From Bacteriovorax sp. UBA1852 (GTDB lineage Bacteria; Bdellovibrionota; Bacteriovoracia; Bacteriovoracales; Bacteriovoracaceae): a DNA stretch of 57,485 bases. The stretch is taken from the NCBI GenBank assembly GCA_002338505.1, contig DDIK01000173.1, positions 1 through 57,485 on the forward strand, in the 5' to 3' direction. Below, one piece after another: positions 1 through 9,251 of this stretch; positions within the stretch are counted from its first letter, which is position 1; every line of letters starts with the position of its first letter. The notes below the pieces were generated by a model. The model saw nothing but the letters and a program-made list of their open reading frames with translations, ran no database searches and was not told the DNA's origin. The position numbers and the translations under genes were made by a program.

Positions 1-193
1 TCTATAAAGCCTAGCTAAACAGCCGAATCTTCACGTTTTTAACATTTAAGCCATATTTAAAATAACTCATATAATTTAAAACCCGCTGCCAACTTTAATT
101 GCCTTATCGTATATAATTCAATATTTTTGAGTGTTCTCCGAAAAGAATAATTAGTCTACATAACCAGTCATAGTTTTTAAAAAAGGGTCTTCT

Positions 194-718
194 ATGTTTA
201 AAGTTCTCTGTATTCTTTTACTCCCTTTCTCTATTTTCGCTAATGATCTATTCTTTCAAAAAAATGGCAAAACTATTCAAAGTATCAACGTCAAAGACCT
301 CAAGAGTGGTAATCTAAAAATAAAGAATAAAAAGCTCATCTCTCAAGATAAGACATTATACAATGCATGGAGATCATACTCTCGCACTTATCGCGGTTAT
401 GATTTTTATGAACTATTAGATACTGTTTATGGCAAAGAATGGATGAGTGCTAAGACAATTACATTCGCAGCAACTGACGGTTATAAGCAAATCGCAAATA
501 TAAAGAGAATGCTTAAGTCAGCAAAATCTAAAAAAGGAATGATCTCTTACACAGAGGCTGGTAAAGATGGTTTTTCTCATTTTTCTAGAAAAGAAAAAGT
601 CATTGATCCTGGTCCGATATATTTAGTGTGGAGTAACTTTAGTGATACTGATAAGGCCTCACATGGAGATAATCTCAAATGGCCTTATCAGCTTAAGTCC
701 ATAAACTTAAAGTTCTAA
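194..718 (+). CDS. Secreted hypothetical protein, possibly molybdopterin-oxidoreductase-like domain
   Basis: 174 aa ORF with signal peptide; ATDGY, GPIYLVW and WPYQL motifs recall the oxidoreductase molybdopterin-binding-like fold. Confidence 0.55.
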   Translation: MFKVLCILLLPFSIFANDLFFQKNGKTIQSINVKDLKSGNLKIKNKKLISQDKTLYNAWRSYSRTYRGYDFYELLDTVYGKEWMSAKTITFAATDGYKQIANIKRMLKSAKSKKGMISYTEAGKDGFSHFSRKEKVIDPGPIYLVWSNFSDTDKASHGDNLKWPYQLKSINLKF

Positions 719-727
719 CTAAGCCAA

Positions 728-1684
728 CTATTGAACCTCAAAGTCCTCAACTGACTGAAACTCTTCTTCAAGGGGCTTAATTTCTTTATTTGTTATTTCT
801 CTAAAATCAGCATACCACTTCGCATTTACAGGAAGCACCTCTTTAAACGAGCCAAAGCTGAAGGCCTTATAAGACTTGGGTACCATTTTGTACCGTACTA
901 TCTTTCTGCGCTTTGTAACATGGTCTCTTTTCCACACAGGAGTTTGAACTAGCGGAAGATCTCTAACATGCTCAAACCCTTCATAAATTTCAGTAGTACA
1001 ATTACTATAGACTGTATGATACATCTCAATTTGATCTTTATTTTTTTGACCTCGATCTAAATAGTACTTAACCAATTTGGAAAGTTCCTGACTGTTATAG
1101 TTTAATTCAACTTGTTGATTTCTATGCTTTTGGTTAAGAACAATATCTCTATATGACTCTAATCCCGAAAACATTCGAACAGATAATCCATAATAATCCT
1201 GGGTACCTTTAAATAGATCATAACCAATTGAATCGACTGCTTTGATCGCTTCAAATGAAAACACAATACTACTTACTTTCTCAGTTTCATTAAAGTTACT
1301 TTCATTTTGGCCTTCTAAATTTATATACTGTCCATCCTTTAAATCTATGCGAATTTGAGTATGTGCTGCAATCCACTCTGGTGGGAAATATTCAACTTGT
1401 AGAACTGCTCTTTTGAATACATTTGAACTTGGAATCGTTGCTTTCCAGTACTTTCCTTTATGGTAGAAATTAGCGACGACTTGAGAACCATTTTCTTTGA
1501 CTTCAATTATATTTAAATTTCTTTGTTCACTATTATTTAAACACTTCCCCGCGTATTCACCCTTTGGCATAGTTGCTCCGGTTTCGAAGGGATCATTTTT
1601 AAAAGTTAAACATTCACTAGTGGCAGCATTTGAATTAATACTAGCTAATACACATAAAGTAATAATAGAATTATAAAATTTCAT
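728..1684 (-). CDS. DUF4105 (Lnb N-terminal-like) secreted protein
   Basis: 318 aa with signal peptide; AAHTQI and YHTVYSNCTT His/Cys motifs; AAGGA RBS. Confidence 0.65.
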   Translation of the reverse strand: MKFYNSIITLCVLASINSNAATSECLTFKNDPFETGATMPKGEYAGKCLNNSEQRNLNIIEVKENGSQVVANFYHKGKYWKATIPSSNVFKRAVLQVEYFPPEWIAAHTQIRIDLKDGQYINLEGQNESNFNETEKVSSIVFSFEAIKAVDSIGYDLFKGTQDYYGLSVRMFSGLESYRDIVLNQKHRNQQVELNYNSQELSKLVKYYLDRGQKNKDQIEMYHTVYSNCTTEIYEGFEHVRDLPLVQTPVWKRDHVTKRRKIVRYKMVPKSYKAFSFGSFKEVLPVNAKWYADFREITNKEIKPLEEEFQSVEDFEVQ

Positions 1685-1793
1685 GTCAAATCCTTGTTTT
1701 TTTATTTAATAACTATACCAATAAAAAAAACAAGGGTTGTGGTTTTCGATAATTAATACACTGTGATTATATATTATACAGTCAAATTAAAGA

Positions 1794-2258
1794 CTAATCA
1801 TCACTTGGAGCAAAGACCATGTTCTTACAAGTGTGTGTTTTTCCGAAATAGCCATTTTTTACTTTAATATCAAAAGATGAAACTGATGCTTCAGGGTATG
1901 TTGTTGGATTGACATAAGTCTTTAAGATCTTAAATTCCGCGGTAACATTGGCCCACTCAGGTAAACCACCGAACCCGATACGAAGTCCACGATCTCTACC
2001 TACAACGAGATTATTACCTGTTTCAACAAGTTTTCCACCCTTTCCAAGAAAGGCAATCTCTTCTCCGTCTACAAGAAGTGTGAGGTCGCAACTATTTGCC
2101 TCTGAGCCATCTTCAAACTCAACATTTGCGCAATTCACATTATATGCGCGACATCCAGTATCATTAATAAATGTTCCAAAAATTTCAATCGAATCTAGAC
2201 TTGCGTGAGAGTATGCTGCAAATAGAAGTGAGAGAACTATAAGAGTTTTCTTTTTCAT
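1794..2258 (-). CDS. Secreted hypothetical protein
   Basis: 154 aa, MKKK plus hydrophobic signal peptide, AGGAG RBS. Confidence 0.7.
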   Translation of the reverse strand: MKKKTLIVLSLLFAAYSHASLDSIEIFGTFINDTGCRAYNVNCANVEFEDGSEANSCDLTLLVDGEEIAFLGKGGKLVETGNNLVVGRDRGLRIGFGGLPEWANVTAEFKILKTYVNPTTYPEASVSSFDIKVKNGYFGKTHTCKNMVFAPSDD

Positions 2259-2329
2259 GTCTTCTCCTTTTCGTTAAAACTCATACCATGATAGAGTTTA
2301 AAGTAGTGAGAGATTGTAAAAAGTACATT

Positions 2330-3238
2330 TTACAGAATGGAGTTTAAAATTGAATAGAATATCTTTTTATTTGTCTCCGATTCATAATGGAATGCATGAT
2401 CACTATTTGGAATATTAAAGACTTTTAAGTTGGAAAATGTTTTACGGTAAAACTTCTCATTATACTTCTGATCAATTACAGAGTCTTTACCCGCGAAAAT
2501 TGTGATAACATCCTCACTACTTCTATTGTCTTTTTCAACGAGACCTTTATTCCAATTAACAAGCTTTGGAAACCAACTTTTCGGAGTTGATTTTATTAAC
2601 GTTGGATCTATTTGAAGAAGCTCTTTATATTCTCTATCATGAAGGGATAATCTTCTGGTAGGTAATCTCTTTATTAAAAAACCAAAATACTTCATTCCAA
2701 ATTTAGACAAACTCCATAAATGACTTCTCACAAGAGGTGCAGCGAGAATTATTTTCTCAAATGGATGAGGCTCGTGAGCGAGAAGTAAATCAAGCATTCC
2801 AACAGCACCTGTCGAATGACCGTAAAAATAATTTTCATCATAACCTTGAGGAAGTCTTTGAAATACATGTTTGTAGATGTCTTTGTATGTAATAAAATCA
2901 TCAACATCCGCTCTATCTCCAGAAGAAAGACCATGCCCAGGTAGCTCTATGCAGAGTATATCGAATCCAGAATTTAAAAAGAATCTCTGCAGAGGCTTAA
3001 CATAACCACAATTATCAATATATCCATGTGCCATAACCATAAGTCGAGAACTCCCCTTGGTCCATCTATGGGTCATAATAGAATATTCATGGCCCAGAGA
3101 GTTAGTCACATTCATGGATACTTGTTGGTAATTATCAACATTGCTTATATGGTAAAATTTAGAAATATTTATATTTGTTCCAGCAAAAGAAAATTGTAGA
3201 AATAAAATAAAGGCAAGCCATTCTAGCTTCTTATACAT
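2330..3238 (-). CDS. Alpha/beta hydrolase, lysophospholipase-like
   Basis: HGY, LPGHGLS, nucleophile GHSTG, C-terminal Asp/His. Confidence 0.85.
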   Translation of the reverse strand: MYKKLEWLAFILFLQFSFAGTNINISKFYHISNVDNYQQVSMNVTNSLGHEYSIMTHRWTKGSSRLMVMAHGYIDNCGYVKPLQRFFLNSGFDILCIELPGHGLSSGDRADVDDFITYKDIYKHVFQRLPQGYDENYFYGHSTGAVGMLDLLLAHEPHPFEKIILAAPLVRSHLWSLSKFGMKYFGFLIKRLPTRRLSLHDREYKELLQIDPTLIKSTPKSWFPKLVNWNKGLVEKDNRSSEDVITIFAGKDSVIDQKYNEKFYRKTFSNLKVFNIPNSDHAFHYESETNKKIFYSILNSIL

Positions 3239-3321
3239 AAATCATCCTTGATTTAAATAGTTAGTAATTGAATTATATCTCATTTATTAAATGAGATCAA
3301 AAGCACGGCCAGCCGCTAGAG

Positions 3322-4368
3322 TCAGGTAGCTACCCACGCTCCCTCTTTATGACTTAAAGTTGCTAATTCCATGATCTTCATTGTCTTCAATGCATCTTGA
3401 GGATACACTGGAGCTTCATTAGGATCGTTGCTCTTAATTGCCAGAGCTAATTGTGTATAGAAGTGACGATACTCACCAGAGACTGACAAAAGTACTCTCT
3501 CCTTAATTTCCGTATCACTATTGTAAAACAACTTCCCAGAGTTTTTGTCATCTTCTACCCCAAAACTTTCAAGTACTGGACTTACTCCTCCTGACAGACG
3601 TTCTTCCTGGGGATCCATCCCCTCTTTATAATAATTTGCTTTATCCCCTAAAACTTTAAATCTCATCTTACAAAGAGAATAAGATGATCCGTGAAGTATA
3701 GCTCTTAACTTATCGTATTTGAGAATAATGTGGAAGTAATCGTTAACGCCTTGGTTATTCTTTTGGTCTTCAAGGTCCGCGAAGACAGCCTGAGGCCATC
3801 CAAAAAGTTCAATACATTGATCAATAAGATGTACTCCTAAATCAAAGAAAATACCAGATCCATTCCCTGGAACTTCTTTCCAGCGATTAGATCTAATAGT
3901 GGGTCTCCAACGATCAAAATGAGATTCAAACTGCTTAATCTCACCCAGAGCTTCATCTTTTATCAGTTTTTTAATTGTCAAAAAATCACAATCCCATCTT
4001 CTATTATGAAAAACTGTTAAAATTAATTTCTGTTTATTAGCCAATTCAATTAATTCTCTCCCTTCTTTAGAAGACGTTACAAATGGCTTCTCTACTACAA
4101 CATGCTTTCCAGCATTTAATGACATTTTAGCTTGTTCATAATGAGTGTGATTAGGACTACAAATAACAACAAGATCGATACTATCGTCATTTAATATTTC
4201 ATTTATATTATCAACAATTTGCGTAGTCGGTAATTTTTCAAGAACATCAGCCTTTCGAGAAGTAAAAACTTTACTAATATGATAATCAGAATTTACAGTA
4301 ATCAACGAAGCATGAAACGTTTTCCCTGATAAACCAAACCCTATTAATCCAACATTTATTTTCTTAAT
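3322..4368 (-). CDS. Gfo/Idh/MocA oxidoreductase (YdgJ-like)
   Basis: EKP, FHNRRWD and DLGVHLID motifs. Frame is open upstream of 4305 and encodes the Rossmann motif KKINVGLIGFGLSG; apparent start is ATT at 4368. Confidence 0.9.
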   Translation of the reverse strand: MKKINVGLIGFGLSGKTFHASLITVNSDYHISKVFTSRKADVLEKLPTTQIVDNINEILNDDSIDLVVICSPNHTHYEQAKMSLNAGKHVVVEKPFVTSSKEGRELIELANKQKLILTVFHNRRWDCDFLTIKKLIKDEALGEIKQFESHFDRWRPTIRSNRWKEVPGNGSGIFFDLGVHLIDQCIELFGWPQAVFADLEDQKNNQGVNDYFHIILKYDKLRAILHGSSYSLCKMRFKVLGDKANYYKEGMDPQEERLSGGVSPVLESFGVEDDKNSGKLFYNSDTEIKERVLLSVSGEYRHFYTQLALAIKSNDPNEAPVYPQDALKTMKIMELATLSHKEGAWVAT

Positions 4369-4398
4369 ATCACACCCACTTAAAATTTTTCTCTTCTT

Positions 4399-4860
4399 AT
4401 GAGATTTGAATTTGATATTATCATAACAAACAGAAAAGCGAGATTGTTATTAAGTATACAACTTTTGCAGACAATCCAGAAGTTCTCGTTCAATTTCGTA
4501 CTCAATACTCCTTCAGTATCCAAAGAATACCTACCTTATTCTGAACTTCTTATTGTTAGTGTTATTATTCGGCAACTTGGAAATTGGCTGATTAAAGAAG
4601 GAGACTTGATTGGTCTTGAGGGAAATACTGGCTGGACAGGGAAAGAAAATCGTCATCTCCATATGAGTGTTCACTATGATTGGAAAAAACAGAGCGTTGA
4701 ATATTGGTCAAAGCTTGGTTGGCTTCCGCGATCGATTCCCTTTGAGTTTAAAGTTGAGACTGTTCGCTCTAGTGTGGTCTCCATACAATCAACTAAAACA
4801 ATTAAATGTATTAGAAGAAAATTTAATCGCTTTCTAGATGCCGCTCTTAGAGGTATTTAG
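4399..4860 (+). pseudogene. M23 peptidase C-terminal fragment
   Basis: GDLIGLEGNTGWTG...HLH motif present; upstream HxxxD part and signal peptide absent. Confidence 0.6.
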
Positions 4861-4904
4861 AGGTATTTAAAGACTATGAAGTCTCATGAAAAATGTCCAA
4901 AAAC

Positions 4905-4937
4905 AAAAAAGCCTCGAACGGGTTGTGAACGAGGCTT
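4905..4937 (-). terminator. Intrinsic terminator downstream of tRNA-His
   Basis: AAGCCTCG...CGAGGCTT stem with a T run on the minus strand. Confidence 0.6.
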
Positions 4938-4972
4938 AGATATTTATTTCTCCGAAGAGATCAAAATTTAAA

Positions 4973-5049
4973 TGGGGTGACCGATGGGGCTCGAACCCAC
5001 GACAACCAGAATCACAATCTGGCGCTCTACCAACTGAACTACGGTCACC
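4973..5049 (-). tRNA. tRNA-His (GTG)
   Basis: Cloverleaf; 8-bp acceptor GGTGACCG/CGGTCACC including G-1; anticodon loop TT-GTG-AT; TTCGA T-loop; encoded CCA. Confidence 0.97.
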
Positions 5050-5064
5050 ATAAGAAGTGAGATA

Positions 5065-5093
5065 TTTATAAACTCAGATTGTCTATAAGTCAA
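5065..5093 (-). promoter_or_regulatory. Sigma70 promoter of tRNA-His
   Basis: TTGACT-17 bp-TATAAA on the minus strand. Confidence 0.7.
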
Positions 5094-5108
5094 TATCTCA
5101 CGAAAAAT

Positions 5109-5540
5109 CTACTTACCTAAAGTCTTAATATAAACTAGACCTTGGCAATCAATAATATCTTTAGATTTATTCTTCCAATTGTGATCAATCAACTTGTATG
5201 ACTGTGGGTAGTGATTACCCTGGCCATCGTCCATTAAGATCTGAAGAACTCTTGCTCCATAGTTAGTTCCATAATGACCAGTTAAATGATCCTTATCCGC
5301 AAGAACGTTATAACGACTATTGTCATACTTAAGAAGGTGAACGAGATCAAAGCTCTCTCCAGAAGTCAGTTCAACTTCAACAATCTCATTTAATGGATTT
5401 TTGATATTAAAGCGGTACTTTTTTCCAATAAAATTAACAAAACAGTCTGAACCATCTTGATCAAGGCCTCTATACCAACCTTTATCGAAATGCGCCTGAA
5501 CACTTAAACTTAGCATCATAGCTAAAACTATATACTTCAT
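5109..5540 (-). CDS. Secreted hypothetical protein
   Basis: 143 aa, signal peptide, GGAGG RBS. Confidence 0.7.
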   Translation of the reverse strand: MKYIVLAMMLSLSVQAHFDKGWYRGLDQDGSDCFVNFIGKKYRFNIKNPLNEIVEVELTSGESFDLVHLLKYDNSRYNVLADKDHLTGHYGTNYGARVLQILMDDGQGNHYPQSYKLIDHNWKNKSKDIIDCQGLVYIKTLGK

Positions 5541-5605
5541 AATTCCTCCAATTTTGAGAAATCATACGATTAAAAGTTTGGCTAATCAAACATTTTTTAA
5601 TGAAA

Positions 5606-7846
5606 TTATGCAGCTTTCTTTGTCGAGTCAGATGAATTTTGACTTTCTTTATATGAAATATAATCTGATAAAACTCTCTGTAGTGAAGGAAACTTTACAG
5701 GTTTAGCCAAACTAGCATTCATGCCTACTTCCCTACACTCTTGATCAAGTCCATCAGACCAATTAGCAGAGTTTCCTATAATATAGACACTTGAGATTTT
5801 TGGGTCTCGATGAGATCTAATTTTCTTAGTCGTTTCTTCGCCGTCCATTACGGGCATTAATTTATCAATAATAACAACTTCAATATTTCCAGACTCAAGT
5901 TGGAGTAAGGCCTCCTCTCCATTAGCAACTTGAAGAGGCTGAATTCCGATCTTCTGTAGATACTTTCTGAGCATTAGCAAGTTGAGATTATTATCATCTA
6001 CAATTAAAACCTTTAAATCTTTTGGAATGTCATATCTCTTAGGCTTAAGTGATTTTACATTTTTCTTATCAGACTCTTTACAATAGATTTGATAAGAAAA
6101 AATACTCCCCTGTGGCTCGTTTCTTCTCACACTAATACTACCATCATAGAGTGCTACAAGCTCTTTAGTTATACCAAGTCCAAGTCCAGTACCACCAAAC
6201 TCTTTAGAAATGCTTTCATCTTCTTGCTCAAAAGGATTAAAAACTGACTCCATTTTATCTTCAGGAATCCCCTTACCTGTATCAATAACTTCAATACTAA
6301 TTTCATAAGAATTGTGTATCTTTTGATAGTCACAAGAAACAGTAATCTTTCCCTTCTTGGTAAATTTAATTGCATTACTAATAAGATTATTAATTATTTG
6401 CTTAAATCTTAAAGAGTCTATTTCTAAACATATATCCTCATCTTTTAAGAGATTAAGTTCAAATTCAATGCCTTTAGATCGACATGATATTTCATGAACA
6501 GTTAGACTTTCTCTTAAGAGACCAAAGAGTTGATAAGCTTCATTATTTAATTTAATTTGCTTAACTTCTAACTTACTAAAATCAAGAATATCATCAACAA
6601 GCCCAAGAAGGAGCTTACTAGAGTTATCAATGATCTTTACGTATGACTGTGTTTCAGGATCTTTAACAAGTTCATTTAAGAAAAATGATGAGCCCATAAT
6701 GGCATTTAGAGGTGTTCTTAACTCATGAGTGAGTTTTGAAAATAGAAGATTTCTCTCGTCTTGTTGAGCTTTAATATGTTTTGTTTTTTCCTCGACCTCT
6801 TTAGTGAGTTTTCTATTGAAATAGAAAATAACAAAAACAACAATAAGAGTAAAAATAGAGAATACAGTGAGAATTTTTCCAATTTTCACACCTATAAATT
6901 CACTCTTCTTATTTCTATATTCTTGAAAGATTAAATACTTTAAATCCTCAAGAGACTTTGGATCTCGTTCACCATAGATATTGGCAATTCTTTGAAGTCG
7001 TGTCGGATTTGATGTACCAATTGGTACGATATGGGATTCTACAAATTTCTTTGTCTCATTTGCTTCATATCTTAAAAGCTCAATGTCAGCTCTTGGATTA
7101 TAGCGAGATTTAATAATATTAATCATTTCCTCTATATTATTAAGAGCGTAATACCAGCCTTTTATTGTTGCTCTTCTCATAGCTGCAACACGATCTGGAA
7201 ACTTATCTGCTTCAACTTTATTGGTAAAGAGCATGTCTCCGTAGAGATCTACTCCATAGTTCATAGGATTAATAATTCTTGTTTCAAGCCCTTTCTTCTT
7301 ATAATAGAACGGCTGATTTGTTTGATAAACGCTTACAGCATCTACTTTCTTATTTATAAGATCATCATTTTTAAAAGAATGAGGAACGTGCTTGAAGTCA
7401 TTCTCAGAAAGGTTCGCGTTTCGAAACATAATTTTAAAGACAGCATCATCAACACCTTTTTGATACATCACCTTCTTGCCCTTTAAACCTGAAGGACTAA
7501 GGATCTCATCTTCGGCCCTCGTAATAAGAACGAGTGGAGAATGTTGGAAGATTGGTGCAACAATAAAGAACTGATCACCTTCAAGATGATATCTCACGAT
7601 ACTAGAATCAATGATTCCGTAGTGCCCTTCTTCGTTTCTAACCTTATCAGGAGCAGTCCAAGAGACATCTCTTTCTATGATATCAACATCAAGGCCCTCT
7701 TCTTTATAGAAGCCTTTTTCAACAGCAGCGTAGTAGCCAGCAAATTGAAATTGATGTTTCCATTTTAAATAGAGTTTAACCTCATCAAGAGATTGAGCAT
7801 TTGCTAGAAGTGAAAATAAAAATGCCGATAAAATAACTCGTATCAT
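5606..7846 (-). CDS. Hybrid sensor histidine kinase with NMT1/THI5-like periplasmic binding domain
   Basis: LKWKHQFQFAGYYAA N-terminus, TM helix, HELRTPLN H-box, N/G boxes, C-terminal receiver domain. Confidence 0.92.
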   Translation of the reverse strand: MIRVILSAFLFSLLANAQSLDEVKLYLKWKHQFQFAGYYAAVEKGFYKEEGLDVDIIERDVSWTAPDKVRNEEGHYGIIDSSIVRYHLEGDQFFIVAPIFQHSPLVLITRAEDEILSPSGLKGKKVMYQKGVDDAVFKIMFRNANLSENDFKHVPHSFKNDDLINKKVDAVSVYQTNQPFYYKKKGLETRIINPMNYGVDLYGDMLFTNKVEADKFPDRVAAMRRATIKGWYYALNNIEEMINIIKSRYNPRADIELLRYEANETKKFVESHIVPIGTSNPTRLQRIANIYGERDPKSLEDLKYLIFQEYRNKKSEFIGVKIGKILTVFSIFTLIVVFVIFYFNRKLTKEVEEKTKHIKAQQDERNLLFSKLTHELRTPLNAIMGSSFFLNELVKDPETQSYVKIIDNSSKLLLGLVDDILDFSKLEVKQIKLNNEAYQLFGLLRESLTVHEISCRSKGIEFELNLLKDEDICLEIDSLRFKQIINNLISNAIKFTKKGKITVSCDYQKIHNSYEISIEVIDTGKGIPEDKMESVFNPFEQEDESISKEFGGTGLGLGITKELVALYDGSISVRRNEPQGSIFSYQIYCKESDKKNVKSLKPKRYDIPKDLKVLIVDDNNLNLLMLRKYLQKIGIQPLQVANGEEALLQLESGNIEVVIIDKLMPVMDGEETTKKIRSHRDPKISSVYIIGNSANWSDGLDQECREVGMNASLAKPVKFPSLQRVLSDYISYKESQNSSDSTKKAA

Positions 7847-7898
7847 ACGTTATTTATCGGCAATTCTTATGTATTTATAAAGTAAATATACTTGATTA

Positions 7899-9251
7899 TT
7901 ATCGTTGTATTAACGCTTGAATGTGGGCTGCATAAGACCAAGTTAAGTCTCTCGCTCCCATCATATATCCATTATTTCGATTCATTTGCTCATCCATGTG
8001 CCCGAAATCACCTGCATGGTAGTCAGCTCTTCTAAAGAATGAGTCTGCCTTGGTATTTAAAATCTTGATGAATTGTGGAGCTAGTACAGCATTTGAAGAT
8101 CCCTTCAAGGTTCTGCATTCCTTTAAATTCAAGGTCTTACAGTAATACCCTACATGAAGACCTGCTTTTCCACTCTTAACTTCTTTTGCCAGTCTTAAGT
8201 AGTACTCGGCCATGGCAAAAGTCGTTAAAAACCAAGGATTCCCTAAACGGTCAGTTCTATAGCCGTCATATGAATCCTCTGGGTAACGGCCTATTGCGGT
8301 TCCAAGGTTATCATTAGTATTTTGATTAATTGTATAGATTCGATTAAAAGACTCTTCAATTTTAGCAGCTGTCTTCATCACCCTCCAGTCACTTGGAGAA
8401 AAGAATGTGTCACCATTATCACCATGATGAACTCCAAGGATGACAGAGATATCAAGTTGCGATTTCCAAACCCCTCTTGTTTGATCAAGAGTCGATTCAA
8501 TATAGCCTTTCTTTGGATTCCAAAATTTATTAATCAACTTCTCAACTTCATTTGCCTTTGCTTCATAGTATTCAGCTGCATAAGGATCATTAAGTCTTCT
8601 CGCTAACTTTGCTCCACTTAAGAGTGCTCTTCTTTGTCCCATTGCTGTTGAGAAGTGTAACCCCTTCACTTCTTCCCAGTAATCAAAACCTTGAGCATCA
8701 TAGTGAAGAGCTACATATTCAAGATCCATTTTAATTGGCGAGATCGCTGGAAGAATTGGAGTATAGAGATTATCCATGACCCAATCTTCTTGCCCTTGAT
8801 CTATTAGGTAATTTGCAAACTTTATTAAAGTGACTGCTCTAAGAGCTGGTCCATCATGTTGAGGTCTTCCCCATGGTCCTGTGAATGGTGCTCCATCAAC
8901 ATGATACTTTGGCTCCCCTAAGCTCCAAAAGCCAGAAGCTTCTTGGTTCTCCTTCACTCTTTGAGCAAATTCGTACATGAGTCCTTCGAGTCTGGCTTTA
9001 CGAATATCGTTTTGCTCTCTTTCCATGACATCGAATATAGTGCTCATCACAAGACCTGCGTCTCTTACCCAGTGATAAAAATAATCCGGCTCAGACTTCG
9101 ATGGAGAGGCAACAACGACACCTGGTACAGTTCCTTCCGGATGAATATTTTTTAATAAGAGATTTAAACTTCTTTCATAACTAATTTTCTTTGCTACTGC
9201 ATTTCCCATGAAAGACGTAACAATTAATAGAGAAAATAAAAATGTTTTCAT
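7899..9251 (-). CDS. Secreted glucoamylase, glycoside hydrolase family 15
   Basis: Signal peptide; ASPS..PDYFYHWVRD, WGRPQHDGPALR, DYWEE, GRYPED, GNPW, LTWSYA. Confidence 0.93.
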   Translation of the reverse strand: MKTFLFSLLIVTSFMGNAVAKKISYERSLNLLLKNIHPEGTVPGVVVASPSKSEPDYFYHWVRDAGLVMSTIFDVMEREQNDIRKARLEGLMYEFAQRVKENQEASGFWSLGEPKYHVDGAPFTGPWGRPQHDGPALRAVTLIKFANYLIDQGQEDWVMDNLYTPILPAISPIKMDLEYVALHYDAQGFDYWEEVKGLHFSTAMGQRRALLSGAKLARRLNDPYAAEYYEAKANEVEKLINKFWNPKKGYIESTLDQTRGVWKSQLDISVILGVHHGDNGDTFFSPSDWRVMKTAAKIEESFNRIYTINQNTNDNLGTAIGRYPEDSYDGYRTDRLGNPWFLTTFAMAEYYLRLAKEVKSGKAGLHVGYYCKTLNLKECRTLKGSSNAVLAPQFIKILNTKADSFFRRADYHAGDFGHMDEQMNRNNGYMMGARDLTWSYAAHIQALIQR

